A stretch of 64,000 bases of DNA from Mesotaenium endlicherianum (taxonomy: Eukaryota): assembly GCA_009602735.1 (NCBI GenBank), contig WELA01003305.1, positions 514,806-578,805 of the forward strand, written 5' to 3'. The notes below the pieces were generated by a model that did no database searches, had not been told where the DNA came from, and saw only the letters and a list, made by a program, of their open reading frames with translations. A program made the translations under genes and the position numbers. Position 1 is the stretch's first letter. The number at the start of each line of letters is the position of its first letter. Below are positions 63,037 to 64,000 of the stretch, one piece after another.

Positions 63037-64000
63037 GTTTGTGCTCAGCACGGGGCTCTACCTCGTGCGCCTGCACTTTGTGGAGGCCGACGCGACAGCT
63101 GGCAGGCTGCGGCTACTGGATGTGGCCCTCCAGGGGGAGGTGCGCTCTTGGTTCTCTTCTCTGGCCGCGGGCGTGGGCAGGGTCGGGGTCGGGCTCGGGC
63201 TCGGGCTCTGGCTTTGGCTCTGGCTTGCTGCCTCTGTCCCTCCACTCGTGTGTCTGTGTCTTGTCGCTCGCTCTCCCTCTCTCCCCTTTCTTGTCCCTTT
63301 CTTTCTTCTGTCTCTCCCTTCTCTCTTCTCTCTCTCATGCGAAAGATGTGCATCGCTCAGCACCACGGCTGGGCACTTCACTTTCTCCTGGATGCCGCGG
63401 CAGACCCGCTTGCAGACATGCATGCATGTGCATCCACAGACGCCGATGACAGAGGAACAGAACAATCGCGAGTGTATACTATTGACACGCGCTTCAGGAG
63501 GGTGAGCTTGAGAGAGTCCAGCTGGCAAGCCCTCGGCTGCTGGGCTCTCTTGAGTTCTGTCAGAAGTTTTTGCCGTTTGAAATCTGATCACTTGGAAGGC
63601 GTCCCACTGATTCTGTTGGACGCGCTTTGCAGAAGTTGCGTTGAAGGAGGGGTGATTTGTCGGTGAAATGATTTGGCGATGATCTGGCAGATGACCTGTC
63701 GGATAATTTGTGAATGTTTTAGGGATCGGCAAGGGGGCAATTTGTGTCATTCTTGCCTGATGCTTTTCTCTTACCTCCCATACAACGACCTTAAGAATCA
63801 TTAGGTCCAATGCATTTTCTCCACGGAAACTCCTCAGATGTTCCAAGCAGTGCCCGTCCCGCCGACCACTCACGCACGCCAGCTGGCACTCTCTCGTTGG
63901 CCCGCCCCCCGCAGACGGTGGCCCAGGAGCTAAGCATCCTGGAGCAGGGAGGGGGGACTGCCAACAAGGCGGTGGTGCTGGACTACAACACGACGCTGAC
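63037..64000 (+). other. Apparently identical copy of 60230-61193 following a single N; probable scaffold overlap artefact
   Basis: Offset 2807 bp; exon and intron sequence read the same; the junction is the N at 63036, in mid-exon. Confidence 0.85.

Noticed and set aside
63037..64000. Second RLK copy or ectodomain duplication
   Set aside because: It looks identical to 60230-61193 including intron sequence and starts at an N in mid-exon, so it is best explained as an assembly overlap.

Overview
Intron-rich eukaryotic nuclear DNA from a draft assembly with N gaps. It is most likely a streptophyte (charophyte-type) green alga, inferred from CYP97B, NAC and malectin-RLK genes, GC-rich exons and (CA)n/(GC)n-rich introns. 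Most ORF-track entries are microsatellite artefacts, so I rebuilt gene models by hand from GT-AG junctions and phase. In order: (1) an MRG/EAF3 chromo-barrel gene (-, runs off the left edge), head-to-head with a CYP97B P450 (+) that carries a hAT MITE in an intron; (2) a ~10 kb tandem duplication with two intact NmrA-like genes (-), each facing a divergent partner, one decayed and one an atypical coiled-coil + NAC-like gene; (3) a small orphan membrane ORF; (4) a complete but decayed Ty1/copia element with an antisense solo LTR of its own family nested inside; (5) a spliced coiled-coil gene sharing an exon with the NAC-like gene but ending in a stop-riddled domain of unknown, possibly viral, origin; (6) a tandem-malectin (CrRLK1L-like) receptor kinase, cut off by an assembly duplication. 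The most unusual signal is that many exon boundaries have diverged echo copies in the adjacent intron. All family assignments come from motif recognition, not database searches.
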